Below, piece after piece: positions 1 through 9,614 of a DNA stretch of 64,000 nt. The DNA is from a bacterium (lineage in GTDB: Bacteria; UBA10199; 2-02-FULL-50-16; JAJFLM01). The first letter of the stretch is position 1. Each line of letters starts with the position of its first letter. The DNA lies in assembly GCA_965216315.1 (NCBI GenBank), contig CBDCFN010000016.1, positions 1,152,001 through 1,216,000 on the forward strand, given 5' to 3'. The notes under the pieces are model-generated. The model searched no databases. It was given only the letters and a program-made list of their open reading frames with translations, and was not told the DNA's origin. Both the position numbers and the translations under genes were made by a program.

Positions 1-157
1 TTTAATTTTACAATTGGCAGTTTCTTCTAACCAATTAATATTATTGAGAGTTTAGCCTTTATTGAGTTGGGCGGGGCGGGCGTCCGCGAGTTCTTTTGCC
101 TTGCCAGAGCGGGGGGGCTTCCCTATAGTACCGAACCCAATCAGGAGGAATCTCAAA

Positions 158-679
158 ATGAAACGTTTTTTAGCAATTTGTGGATTATTCGCAGCGCTCT
201 CCTTATCAGGAACGGCCATTGCCGATGCAGCCATTAAGATCGGTGTCGTTGATTTCCAGAAGGCGTTAAACTCAGTCAATGAGGGAAAAAATGCCAAGAA
301 AAATTTGGAAACAGAGTTTAAGCGGAAACAAAAGCAGCTTGATATTCAACAGAAAGAACTAGAAGGGCTCAAGAATGAGCTTCAAGCTCAAGCCGCTGTT
401 TTGTCTCAAGACAAATTACAGATGAAGCAGGGTGAATTTCAAAAGAAGTTCATCACGCTCAGGCAAAAAGCCGGTGAGTATCAGCAAGAGATGATGAAAA
501 AAGAAGCTGAGCTGAGTAACCGCATTTTAGGCAAGCTCAAGACAATCGTCGCTGAGATTGGCAGCAAGGAGAGCTTTACTCTCATTGTTGAGCGGTCAAA
601 TGATCCTGTTCTCTATGTGGATAGCAGCAAAGAAGATCTTACGGACCGCGTCATTAAGGCATATAACAAAAAGTTTTAA
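158..679 (+). CDS. skp: OmpH/Skp periplasmic chaperone
   Basis: Signal peptide, KIGVVDFQKAL motif, coiled-coil body and DLTDRVIK C-terminus; AGGAGG RBS favours ATG at 158 over the ORF start at 62. Confidence 0.9.
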   Translation: MKRFLAICGLFAALSLSGTAIADAAIKIGVVDFQKALNSVNEGKNAKKNLETEFKRKQKQLDIQQKELEGLKNELQAQAAVLSQDKLQMKQGEFQKKFITLRQKAGEYQQEMMKKEAELSNRILGKLKTIVAEIGSKESFTLIVERSNDPVLYVDSSKEDLTDRVIKAYNKKF

Positions 680-1344
680 TGGCCGTTCCTAAAGAACTGC
701 TTTCAATTTTAGTTTGCCCCAAGTGTATGGGGCAGTTGCGGGGCTCTCCGAACGGGGAGTCGCTACTTTGCAACCGTTGTCAGGTTCATTATCCAGTGAG
801 GGATGATGTGCCTATACTTATTCCGGAAGAAGCGATTGAGGCAAGGCAGGTTGCCGCCGAGGAAGAGCTGGGGCAAATGAAGACCCTTAAGACGGTTACG
901 ATTGTACTGGTCGAAGGCAAGAATAAGGGGATGGAGCTTAAGCTGCCCCAGGGTTGTTGTCGTGCAGTTGGTCGCTCCGTTGATGATTTAGAGAGCACGC
1001 GTGTTTTCGATACGAGCGGTGTCGTCGGTTTGGATGACAGTACAAAACAGCTCGTTCTCAACTATGTAACTCAACAATTCCAAGCCGGTTCAGCCCCTGG
1101 GCAGACGAGTGCTGACGATATTGGCTCTTTCAGGAGATTGCCGGATCTTGCTCTGTCTGACAGTGCGACTTCACGATTACATGCGATGCTTTTTCATGGC
1201 CCTAATGGTGTTGGCGTGCTGGACTTGGTAAGCAAGAACGGCACGTTTGTTAATGGCGTCGAGGTCGAGTCTAAATTTCTCAAAGAAGGCGATGTTATTA
1301 CGATAGGTGGAAGTAAGTTGAAAATCGGTCAGGGTGAGAGTTGA
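679..1344 (+). CDS. Trm112-like zinc-ribbon domain fused to an FHA domain
   Basis: N-term LLSILVCPKC...CNRCQVHYPVRDDVPIL (Trm112/YcaR-like); C-term GR...SRLHA...DLVSKNGTFVNG (FHA). Confidence 0.8.
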   Translation: MAVPKELLSILVCPKCMGQLRGSPNGESLLCNRCQVHYPVRDDVPILIPEEAIEARQVAAEEELGQMKTLKTVTIVLVEGKNKGMELKLPQGCCRAVGRSVDDLESTRVFDTSGVVGLDDSTKQLVLNYVTQQFQAGSAPGQTSADDIGSFRRLPDLALSDSATSRLHAMLFHGPNGVGVLDLVSKNGTFVNGVEVESKFLKEGDVITIGGSKLKIGQGES

Positions 1345-2231
1345 GAAAGAAGAAGAACGATTCTCTTACGAGTATGACGGGCTTTGCTTCTGTCCGGGGC
1401 CGCATTGCCGAGCGCGAATTTGTTCTCGAAGCCAAATCCGTTAATCATCGTTTCTGTGAGGTTAATGTACGTCTTCCCGGTAAATATTCGGCTTGGGAAT
1501 TGCCTGCGCAAAAGAATGTACGTGAGTTTTTCGAAAGAGGTCGGATTGATATCTTTATCAAGGAAGAGGGCGGCGTTGGGCTCAGCAAGGTCGATCGATC
1601 TCAATTTCAATCTGCGCTGCGGGAACTAAAACGGTTAGCGCGTGAACTCCAATTGAGCGACACTATATCGCTCGAAACTCTACTCCAGTTTAAGCAAAAC
1701 TATTATCGAGATGACACGCACTTTGACGTCGGAGCCGAGTGGAAGCATCTTAAGCCTCTATTGGAGAAACTTTTGATTAAATTGGCGCGTATGCGGCGTC
1801 AAGAAGGTCAGCAATTGGCAAAATGGTTTAGGCAGCGTGTCCCTGTAATGCAAGATATAGTCAAAAAATTAAAGACCAGGGTTAAGGGTCAATCACAACA
1901 CCAAAAAAAGAAGCTGACACGAAAACTTAAAGAGCTTGGGTTTGAAGCTACGGGGATTGATAATAGGGTTGCGTCCGAAGTTGCATTACTTGCAGAGAAG
2001 CTTGATGTTACGGAAGAGATTGTTCGTTTGGACACCCATTTAAAAGCTTTTAGGCGCTTGTTGACTGAAGGTGGTGTGGCCGGGCGCAAAATTGATTTTC
2101 TCATGCAGGAAGTAGGACGTGAAGTGAATACGATTGCATCTAAATCGCAGGATTCCCAAATAGCCAATTTAGCCGTCCAATTTAAGACCGAGGTAGAAAA
2201 AATCCGCGAGCAAGCGGGCAATGTCGAATGA
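1341..2231 (+). CDS. yicC: YicC/YloC family endoribonuclease
   Basis: SMTGF, KSVNHRF, GRKIDFLMQE, REVNTIASK, EKIREQ..NVE motifs. Confidence 0.93.
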   Translation: MRKKKNDSLTSMTGFASVRGRIAEREFVLEAKSVNHRFCEVNVRLPGKYSAWELPAQKNVREFFERGRIDIFIKEEGGVGLSKVDRSQFQSALRELKRLARELQLSDTISLETLLQFKQNYYRDDTHFDVGAEWKHLKPLLEKLLIKLARMRRQEGQQLAKWFRQRVPVMQDIVKKLKTRVKGQSQHQKKKLTRKLKELGFEATGIDNRVASEVALLAEKLDVTEEIVRLDTHLKAFRRLLTEGGVAGRKIDFLMQEVGREVNTIASKSQDSQIANLAVQFKTEVEKIREQAGNVE

Positions 2232-2803
2232 AGCCCAGCGACAAAAAACTTCCACATTTCTTTGTGCTTTCAAGTCCCTCCGGTGGGGGCAAGACAACCT
2301 TGTTGCATTGCCTTATGCAGGATCGTCCGGACCTGAAGTTATCCGTTTCCTACACGACAAGGCGGCCGCGGCCCGGTGAAAAAGACGGGGTTGATTATCA
2401 CTATATTAGCCGGGATGAGTTTCGAGAAAAAATTGAGACCGGTGCTCTCTTGGAATGGGAGGAAGTTCATGGGTCGCTTTATGGGACTCCAAAGGCGGAG
2501 GCCGGCCAAAATATCGCTAATTTACTGTTTGATGTCGACACCAAGGGGGCATTGCAGTTGCGACAACTGCATCCCCATACAACACTTATTTTTATTCAGC
2601 CACCTTCGCTGGAAGTTCTTAAAGAGCGCCTGAAAGCGAGGGGGACGGAAGATGCCGCTGACCTAGAGCGGCGGCTTGACCGCTTTCGCCTTGAAATGGC
2701 CGAGAAAGATAAATTCGATTATGTTATAATTAATGATAATGTGGAGCGAGCGGTAAGCGAGCTAAAAAGAATCATCCTTGCGGAGGAAAGTGCCGGGGAA
2801 TGA
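2228..2803 (+). CDS. gmk: Guanylate kinase
   Basis: SSPSGGGKTT, SVSYTTRRPRPGE.DGVDY, YGTP motifs. Confidence 0.96.
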   Translation: MKPSDKKLPHFFVLSSPSGGGKTTLLHCLMQDRPDLKLSVSYTTRRPRPGEKDGVDYHYISRDEFREKIETGALLEWEEVHGSLYGTPKAEAGQNIANLLFDVDTKGALQLRQLHPHTTLIFIQPPSLEVLKERLKARGTEDAADLERRLDRFRLEMAEKDKFDYVIINDNVERAVSELKRIILAEESAGE

Positions 2804-4998
2804 AATCATCTCTTAGTGTGCTAAGTGTTCCTGAATCAGATAAAGTCCGATTGAGCGATATTTTGGATCAGCTCGAAGGCTATGTTTCCGAGTCCGAAAT
2901 TGAGCTGGTCAAGAAAGCCTACATATTTAGTGCCAAGGCCCATGAAGGGCAAAAGCGTAGCTCTGGCGAGCCTTTTATGAGTCACCCATTGTGCGTGGCG
3001 CTCATTCTTGCCGAAATGCGTTTGGATAGTGCGACTGTCATTACGGGTTTATTGCATGATACAGTCGAAGATACGCTGGTAACAATCAAGGCCATCAAAG
3101 ATGTCTTTGGCGATCAAGTAGCCAAATTAGTAGATGGCGTCACAAAACTTAGTAAAATCAAATTTTCTTCAAGAGAAGCGCGGCAGGCTGAAAACTTTCG
3201 AAAAATGTTCATGGCTATGGCCGAAGATATCCGCGTCATTCTGGTCAAGTTGGCAGATCGTCTCCATAATATGAGGACCATTCATTATTTGCCGGAAAAT
3301 AAACGCATACGCATTGCTACGGAAACCATGGAGGTCTATGCGCCGATAGCCGGTCGCCTCGGCATTCAGGAGATGAAGATTGAGCTGGAGCAGAGGGCAT
3401 TTCGTTGTTTGAAGCCGGAGGTGTGGAATAAGATACAAAAGCAAGTTTCTAGATTGGAGAAGGTCAGTGAAAAATTCATCGGTGAGGTTGAAGGTGCCGT
3501 AAAGAAGGAACTTGGAGAGCATGGTATTGAAGCAAATGTTGAACATCGCTTTAAGCACCACTACAGCATTTACCGTAAAATGGATGCGCAAAATCTCGAC
3601 TTTGAACAGGTCTATGACATTATCGGCTTCCGTGTCTTGGTGAAGGAATTATCTGATTGCTATACGGCCTTGGGAGTCATCCATTCACTTTGGCAACCGG
3701 TTCCAGGGCGTTTCAAAGATTATATTGGTATGCCTAAGCTTAATAATTATCAATCTTTACATACGACAGTTATTGGCCCTCATGGTCATCGTGTTGAATT
3801 TCAGATCCGCAATGAAGAAATGCATGAAATAGCCGAATGGGGGATTGCCGCTCATTGGCGCTACAAAGTGAAAAATGAGATGACTGAAAAAGACGAAATG
3901 AAATTTCGTTGGTTGCGTCAGTTTATGGAATGGCAGCGAGATGTTTCAGATCCGGCAGAATACCTCGATATCGTTAAACTCGATTTGTTTGCTACGGATG
4001 TATATGTTTTTACGCCTAAAGGAGATATTCGTGAGTTTCCAAGAGGCTCGACACCTGTCGATTTTGCTTACTCCGTGCATACGGATGTGGGGAACAGTTG
4101 TATTGGTGCAAGAGTTAACGGCCGTATTGTCCCTTTGCGCTATATATTAAAGAGTGGAGATGAGGTAGAGATTCTTACCAGAAACGATCACACACCTTCA
4201 AAAGATTGGCTTAAATTTGTAAGGACGTCACGCGCACGCTCGAAAATAAGGCATTTTATTAGAAGTCAACAGCGCGATCGAGCTTTGGTGATAGGTCGCG
4301 AGATACTGGAAAAAGAATTTGCAAAGTTTGGGGCTGAAACGAGCAAGGAACTGAAACGCGCGGGCTTCAAAGAATTCATGAAGAGTCGCGGGATTGCCAG
4401 TGAAGAGGAGCTAATGGCGCAGCTTGGTTATGGTAAAGTCACACCGCGTCAGGTGGTGGCATCAATATTGCCTGCGGAGCAGTTGGCAGAGCCTACAGAA
4501 GAACCCGTAAAGGAAACGGCGCTTTCTAGAATTTTTCGAAGGGCGGTCAGGCGATCAAAGGGGATCGTAAGGGTCCAGGGGTTCGATGATATTCTGGTCA
4601 GTATCGGCAAATGTTGTTCGCCAATTCCGGGGGACTCAATAGTCGGTTTTGTCACGCGTGGAAGAGGGGTTACGGTTCATCGCGTCGATTGTTCTCGAGC
4701 TCTTACAATGGATCCTGATCGCCGCATTGATGTTGAGTGGGATGATTCTACGGAAAACCTTTCAGTCGCAAAAATCAGGATGCTTTGTCTTGATAAACCG
4801 GGATTGTTAGCGACCATCTCAAAAGAAATATCAGGTTATAACGTGAATATTTCCAATGCAAATTGTCGTGCTATCGGTGATGAAAAGGCCGTGAACACGT
4901 TTGAGCTTGCGATCCGCAGTGTACAAGAACTCAATCGCCTCATTCATTCGCTTGAAAAGCTTAAGGGTGTTATCAGCGTGGATCGAGTGACAAAGTGA
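2800..4998 (+). CDS. spoT: Bifunctional (p)ppGpp synthetase/hydrolase (RelA/SpoT)
   Basis: HD hydrolase (LHDTVED), synthetase (YQSLHT, EFQIR), TGS and ACT domains. Confidence 0.95.
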   Translation: MKSSLSVLSVPESDKVRLSDILDQLEGYVSESEIELVKKAYIFSAKAHEGQKRSSGEPFMSHPLCVALILAEMRLDSATVITGLLHDTVEDTLVTIKAIKDVFGDQVAKLVDGVTKLSKIKFSSREARQAENFRKMFMAMAEDIRVILVKLADRLHNMRTIHYLPENKRIRIATETMEVYAPIAGRLGIQEMKIELEQRAFRCLKPEVWNKIQKQVSRLEKVSEKFIGEVEGAVKKELGEHGIEANVEHRFKHHYSIYRKMDAQNLDFEQVYDIIGFRVLVKELSDCYTALGVIHSLWQPVPGRFKDYIGMPKLNNYQSLHTTVIGPHGHRVEFQIRNEEMHEIAEWGIAAHWRYKVKNEMTEKDEMKFRWLRQFMEWQRDVSDPAEYLDIVKLDLFATDVYVFTPKGDIREFPRGSTPVDFAYSVHTDVGNSCIGARVNGRIVPLRYILKSGDEVEILTRNDHTPSKDWLKFVRTSRARSKIRHFIRSQQRDRALVIGREILEKEFAKFGAETSKELKRAGFKEFMKSRGIASEEELMAQLGYGKVTPRQVVASILPAEQLAEPTEEPVKETALSRIFRRAVRRSKGIVRVQGFDDILVSIGKCCSPIPGDSIVGFVTRGRGVTVHRVDCSRALTMDPDRRIDVEWDDSTENLSVAKIRMLCLDKPGLLATISKEISGYNVNISNANCRAIGDEKAVNTFELAIRSVQELNRLIHSLEKLKGVISVDRVTK

Positions 4999-5369
4999 CG
5001 ATGAAAGAACATCTCGATCGAGGTAATCAGGCTGAAGAAATAGCGGCTCGTTATCTCAAGGGTGAGGGTTATGAGTTGTTGGAACGAAATTACCGCTGTC
5101 GACAGGGTGAGATTGATATTATCGCCAGCAAAGATCATACGATCCACTTTGTAGAAGTGAAGGGGCGCTGGAGCGCGGAGACGGGTGGGCCTTTGGAACA
5201 GGTGACGGCACGGAAGATGAAGCAGATCGCGCGGGTGGCGCTTGTTTATCTCCAGCGCCATCAGAAGCTGCGTGACTGGCGGGCTTTTTTTTCGGTGCTG
5301 GGTGTGGATAACAGGTCAAATAATCAGCAAATTCAATGGGTTCCAGATGCATTCGACCTGCCGGTCTAA
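4995..5369 (+). CDS. yraN: YraN family protein (UPF0102)
   Basis: ERNYRC..GEIDII...FVEVK motif. Confidence 0.9.
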   Translation: MTMKEHLDRGNQAEEIAARYLKGEGYELLERNYRCRQGEIDIIASKDHTIHFVEVKGRWSAETGGPLEQVTARKMKQIARVALVYLQRHQKLRDWRAFFSVLGVDNRSNNQQIQWVPDAFDLPV

Positions 5370-5402
5370 GGGACGCGCGGGGTGAGGCGTGACGGAAATT
5401 GG

Positions 5403-5431
5403 TAGACAATACGGGGTCCTTTGACTATAGA
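5403..5431 (+). promoter_or_regulatory. Putative sigma70 promoter of the acyl-CoA ligase cluster
   Basis: TAGACA-N17-TATAGA upstream of ATG 5465. Confidence 0.45.
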
Positions 5432-5464
5432 CAGCGTACCAAGCCGTAATTCTTAAGGATTTCT

Positions 5465-7246
5465 ATGGCTCCCAAAAACCTTATTGCCGTCTTTGAAAAG
5501 TCGGCCCTTCAGTTCGGTGATCAAGAATGTTTCCTGGTCAAGGAGGCGGGTGATTGGGTGCCGTGGTCTTGGCGGGAAGTTCGCGGCAAAGTGCGCGCCT
5601 TGTCCGCGGCTTTGCAAGGCTTAGGGGTTACCAAGGGCGACTGCGTTTCCATCCTTTCTTCAACCCGACCTGAATGGACCTTGGCCGATCTGGCCATCCT
5701 GTCGTTGGGGGCGATTACCGCACCTATCTATCAGTCTAATCTGCCTGATGAGGTCCAATTTATTCTCAATAACTCGGACGCCAAGGGGATATTTGTTGAG
5801 GATGAAGTTCAGTTAAGGAAGGTTCTTGATGTTAAAGATAAGTTGCCGCGACTGGAATTTATCGTCGTTATACGGGGTGGCTCCAAGGCCGAGCAGGCAC
5901 TTTCTCTCCGGGACTTATTGAAGACCGACGAGAAACAGGCAAGCAGCTATGATCGTAATATTAAGGAGTTGGACGGTTCAAGTGTGGCGTCGTATGTTTA
6001 TACTTCCGGGACTACGGGAAAACCAAAGGGAGCCGTTCTTACTCACAATAATTTCATTTCAGAAATAATGGCTGTTGGTAAGGCTTTTGATGTTACGCCG
6101 AACGATATTAGCTTGTCATTTCTGCCATTGGCACACATCCTCGCCCGAGCTATTCAGTTCTATCAGCTGCATGTAGGCTTTACGTTTGCGTTTGCTGAGT
6201 CCATTGAAAAGCTGGCAGGAAATATTCAGGATATTCGCCCGAATTTTCTCGTGAGTGTCCCCCGTATCTTTGAAAAGGTATATGAACGGATACTTTCTCA
6301 AGTTCATGCTTCATCATCGCTAAAGCAGGGAATGTTTAATTGGGCGAAAAAAGTCGGGTCTGAGTACAGTGAAGCCAAGCAAAAAAAGAAACCCGCTGCA
6401 GTGATGGTCAGTTTTCAGTATTTATTGGCGTCTAAATTAGTCTTTCAGAAAATCAGAGACAGGCTGGGCGGAAGGATGCGATTTGCAGTGTCCGGAGGCG
6501 CGCCCTTGGCGCAAGAAATTGCCGAGTTTTTTCACGCGGCTGGAATTCTCGTTCATGAGGGCTATGGACTGACGGAAACGACGGCGGCGATTAATATTAT
6601 GACGGAAGATAATATTGAATTCGGTACAGTGGGCCCCCCTGTTGAGGGAGTTGAAGAGAAAATCGCTGAAGATGGGGAGATTTTGGTTAGAGGCTCCACG
6701 GTTTTCCAGGGCTATTATCGCAATGATGAGGCGACCCGTGAGGTGTTAGATGAGGATGGATGGTTTCATACCGGGGATATTGGTGAGTTCACGCTTTCAG
6801 GATCGCTAAAAATTACCGATCGCAAAAAAGATATTATTGTCACGGCCGGCGGAAAAAATGTGGCGCCGCAAAAAATCGAGAACCTCATCAAAACCAACAA
6901 GTATATCAGTCAGGTAGTTGTTCATGGCGATAAACGAAAGTATTTAACGGCCTTGATCACGCTCAATGAGGAAGAGGTGGATAAGTATGCGGCCGATAAG
7001 GGTTTTTCCTCGAATGGCGCTCCCTTGGTCAAGCATGACAAGGTGGAGAATCTTGTTAAGAAGATCATTGAAGAGAACAATAAACACTTGCCCAGCTACG
7101 AGACGATAAAGCGTTTTGCGATCATGGAAAGCGATTTTACTCAAGAAAGTGGTGAACTGACTCCGTCATTAAAAGTTAAAAGACGCTTTGTGGCAGAGAA
7201 GTACGCTGATATACTCAACAACCTTTATCATGAAGGTGATTCTTAA
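5465..7246 (+). CDS. Long-chain fatty acid--CoA ligase
   Basis: YTSGTTGKPKG AMP-binding motif, GYGLTET, GWFHTGDIG, ITDRKKD. Confidence 0.93.
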   Translation: MAPKNLIAVFEKSALQFGDQECFLVKEAGDWVPWSWREVRGKVRALSAALQGLGVTKGDCVSILSSTRPEWTLADLAILSLGAITAPIYQSNLPDEVQFILNNSDAKGIFVEDEVQLRKVLDVKDKLPRLEFIVVIRGGSKAEQALSLRDLLKTDEKQASSYDRNIKELDGSSVASYVYTSGTTGKPKGAVLTHNNFISEIMAVGKAFDVTPNDISLSFLPLAHILARAIQFYQLHVGFTFAFAESIEKLAGNIQDIRPNFLVSVPRIFEKVYERILSQVHASSSLKQGMFNWAKKVGSEYSEAKQKKKPAAVMVSFQYLLASKLVFQKIRDRLGGRMRFAVSGGAPLAQEIAEFFHAAGILVHEGYGLTETTAAINIMTEDNIEFGTVGPPVEGVEEKIAEDGEILVRGSTVFQGYYRNDEATREVLDEDGWFHTGDIGEFTLSGSLKITDRKKDIIVTAGGKNVAPQKIENLIKTNKYISQVVVHGDKRKYLTALITLNEEEVDKYAADKGFSSNGAPLVKHDKVENLVKKIIEENNKHLPSYETIKRFAIMESDFTQESGELTPSLKVKRRFVAEKYADILNNLYHEGDS

Positions 7247-7272
7247 AACCTAGTATCGAGGGGGTACAATAA

Positions 7273-7659
7273 ATGGCAGATACACCAACGCAATCGTCAG
7301 GATCGAAGGGGTCGGGTTTGGCTCCTAATGTGGCAAGCATGCTATGTTATGTTTGTATGCCGATCACCAGCATCATCTTTCTCCTGATCGAGAAAGAAAA
7401 TAAGGACGTCCAGTTCCACGCTTGGCAGGGAACAACCTTTGGGGTGGCGTACATCCTATTGATAGTTGTTTTGCAGATATTGGCAGCGATCCTGGGAGCC
7501 ATCGCCAGTGTCATTGGGGTTATTTTCGGTCTTTTGATCCCAATCATTGGAATCGTGGCCTTTGTTCTGTGGATTATTTGCTTGGTGAAGGCTTACCAAG
7601 GTGAGCGCTGGAAGATCCCGTACATCGGAAACTTCGCCGCCAGTAAAGCCGGCGTATAA
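7273..7659 (+). CDS. DUF4870-like small membrane protein
   Basis: GLAPNVASMLCY, V.FHAWQ, KAYQGE.WKIPYIG pattern; three hydrophobic segments. Confidence 0.75.
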   Translation: MADTPTQSSGSKGSGLAPNVASMLCYVCMPITSIIFLLIEKENKDVQFHAWQGTTFGVAYILLIVVLQILAAILGAIASVIGVIFGLLIPIIGIVAFVLWIICLVKAYQGERWKIPYIGNFAASKAGV

Positions 7660-8056
7660 GTCGGGACATCGCTTTAACCGCGCAAGGGTTCCAAGGGCGG
7701 CAGTTGTACTGGCACTGCTGCTCTTGGGGCTCGTGTTCGTCCCATTAGCTTGGCTAGGCGGGTCGCAGACGTGTGCGGTGAGGCAGTTTCTCGGCGTCGA
7801 TTGTCCAGGATGTGGCCTCGTGCGATCATGGGTGGCATTGAGTGACCTGGATTGGCGCAAGGCCTTTGCCCTGTATCCACTCGGGCCCTTCATCTATTTA
7901 GGGATATGGCTCTATATTATAGATGAAGGGCGCGTGTACGTAATGGGCGACCGATGGAGCCCGCTTGTCAGGCGCTTGTCCAATTCACGCTTAGCGTTAT
8001 GTTTGGTTGGAATGATTCTTATCCAGTGGATTGCCAAGCTAGCAGGGCTGTGGTAG
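7601..8056 (+). CDS. DUF2752-like membrane protein (start uncertain)
   Basis: C...GVDCPGCGLVRS and A..YPLG motifs. Confidence 0.7.
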   Translation: MSAGRSRTSETSPPVKPAYKSGHRFNRARVPRAAVVLALLLLGLVFVPLAWLGGSQTCAVRQFLGVDCPGCGLVRSWVALSDLDWRKAFALYPLGPFIYLGIWLYIIDEGRVYVMGDRWSPLVRRLSNSRLALCLVGMILIQWIAKLAGLW

Positions 8057-8081
8057 GAAGATGGCCATCTGAGGAGGAGAC

Positions 8082-8414
8082 ATGTCAGTAGAAACAGCCA
8101 GAGAGTATTTCGAACAGAAAATTCCGGAGATTATTCAGCAAAGGGCAGATCGTCTTAAGAGTATCGGGGCGATTTATGAATTTCAAATCACTGGAGACGA
8201 TGGTGGAACGTGGACGCTGAATCTCAAGGAAGAGCCGGCGTATATTCAGGAAGAAAGCGCTGGGGAGCCCGATTGTACTGTGGTCATGCAGGATATGGCC
8301 TTCGTTAAGATGATCAATGGCGACCTTAAGCCTCAGATGGCGTTTTTGACGGGTAAATTGAAAGTAACAGGCAATATGGGGCTGGCACTTAAACTGACCA
8401 CACTCTTTGATTAA
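8082..8414 (+). CDS. SCP2 sterol/lipid-binding domain protein
   Basis: YEFQITGDDGGTW, AFLTGKLKVTGNMGLALKL. Confidence 0.9.
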   Translation: MSVETAREYFEQKIPEIIQQRADRLKSIGAIYEFQITGDDGGTWTLNLKEEPAYIQEESAGEPDCTVVMQDMAFVKMINGDLKPQMAFLTGKLKVTGNMGLALKLTTLFD

Positions 8415-8417
8415 GTT

Positions 8418-9614
8418 GTGAGCCCAGCATCTTCCGCTCAGGGTCGTCCGCTTTCAGGTATTGTCGTTCTCGACTTGAGCCGCCTTTTTCCGGGCGGCTT
8501 TTGTACACTCCAACTAGCCGATCTTGGGGCCCGGGTCATCAAGATAGAAGAGCCTGGCGTTGGCGACTTTTATCGAGCGACGGGAGCCCCTGCACTTCTT
8601 GGGGAAGGGTATTACCAGGCACTCAATAGGAATAAAGAAAGTCTCTCGCTCAACCTCAAATCAAAAGCCGGCAAAGCTATTTTTTTAAAGCTCGTTGCGC
8701 AAGCCGATGTTGTCGTGGAGAGCTTTAGGCCGGGGCGGTTGGATAAACTAGGGCTCGGTTATCATAGCCTCAAGCGGCGCAACAAAGGGATCATTGTTTG
8801 TTCGATTACCGGTTATGGGCAGACGGGACCGCGGGCCCAAGAAGCCGGACATGATCTCAATTACATGGCGACTGCGGGACTTATGAGCCTGACCGGCGAT
8901 CCCAATAAACCGAATGTTCTTGGTTTTCAACTTGCCGACATGGCTGGCGGGGGTCTTTATGGGGCTTTTGCGATTCTTGCCGCGCTTCAGGCGCGGAATC
9001 GGACTAGGAAGGGAACCTGGATCGACCTTTCGATGACGGAGGGGGCGCTTTCTTTAGCGGGCGTTCATTTGTCCGGCATGGCGTGGGACAATAAGTGGGT
9101 AGATCCTGCTTCAGGTCTTCTCGACGGAGGAGCGGCGAGTTATAATGTCTATACCTCGAAGGACGGTGCTCCATTTGCGCTAGCGGCATTGGAGCCAAAA
9201 TTTTGGGAGCTCTTTCAGAAGGTTACGAAACTGAGATTTTCCGTATCTTCGGGATTTGATAAAGCATTATTTTCAACGAATGTGCATAAACGAGTTGCAA
9301 AATTGTTTTCTGAGCGAACGAGAGCGGCATGGATGAAACTAGCGCGCAAATTTGATATTTGTTTGAGCCCCATTCAAGGCTTAAGCGCTGTTCTCAAAGA
9401 TCCACAGTTCAAAGTAAGACATTTGTTTGGGACGATAAGCGGTCCGAGCAGGAGAAAAATCCCTTTTGTTCGACTGCCTTTTCTGTGGCAAGGGCGACGT
9501 CTTGGCTCGATACGGCGCGCTCCTGGTTTAGGTGCGGATAATGAGCGTATTTTGCGTGGACTGGGTTTTCGCACAACCCAGATCAAGCAGTTAGAGAAGG
9601 AAGGGGTTCTGTAA
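8418..9614 (+). CDS. CaiB/BaiF family CoA-transferase (AMACR-like)
   Basis: PLSGIVVLDLSR, LADLGARVIKIE, NRNKES, GHDLNY. Confidence 0.92.
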   Translation: MSPASSAQGRPLSGIVVLDLSRLFPGGFCTLQLADLGARVIKIEEPGVGDFYRATGAPALLGEGYYQALNRNKESLSLNLKSKAGKAIFLKLVAQADVVVESFRPGRLDKLGLGYHSLKRRNKGIIVCSITGYGQTGPRAQEAGHDLNYMATAGLMSLTGDPNKPNVLGFQLADMAGGGLYGAFAILAALQARNRTRKGTWIDLSMTEGALSLAGVHLSGMAWDNKWVDPASGLLDGGAASYNVYTSKDGAPFALAALEPKFWELFQKVTKLRFSVSSGFDKALFSTNVHKRVAKLFSERTRAAWMKLARKFDICLSPIQGLSAVLKDPQFKVRHLFGTISGPSRRKIPFVRLPFLWQGRRLGSIRRAPGLGADNERILRGLGFRTTQIKQLEKEGVL

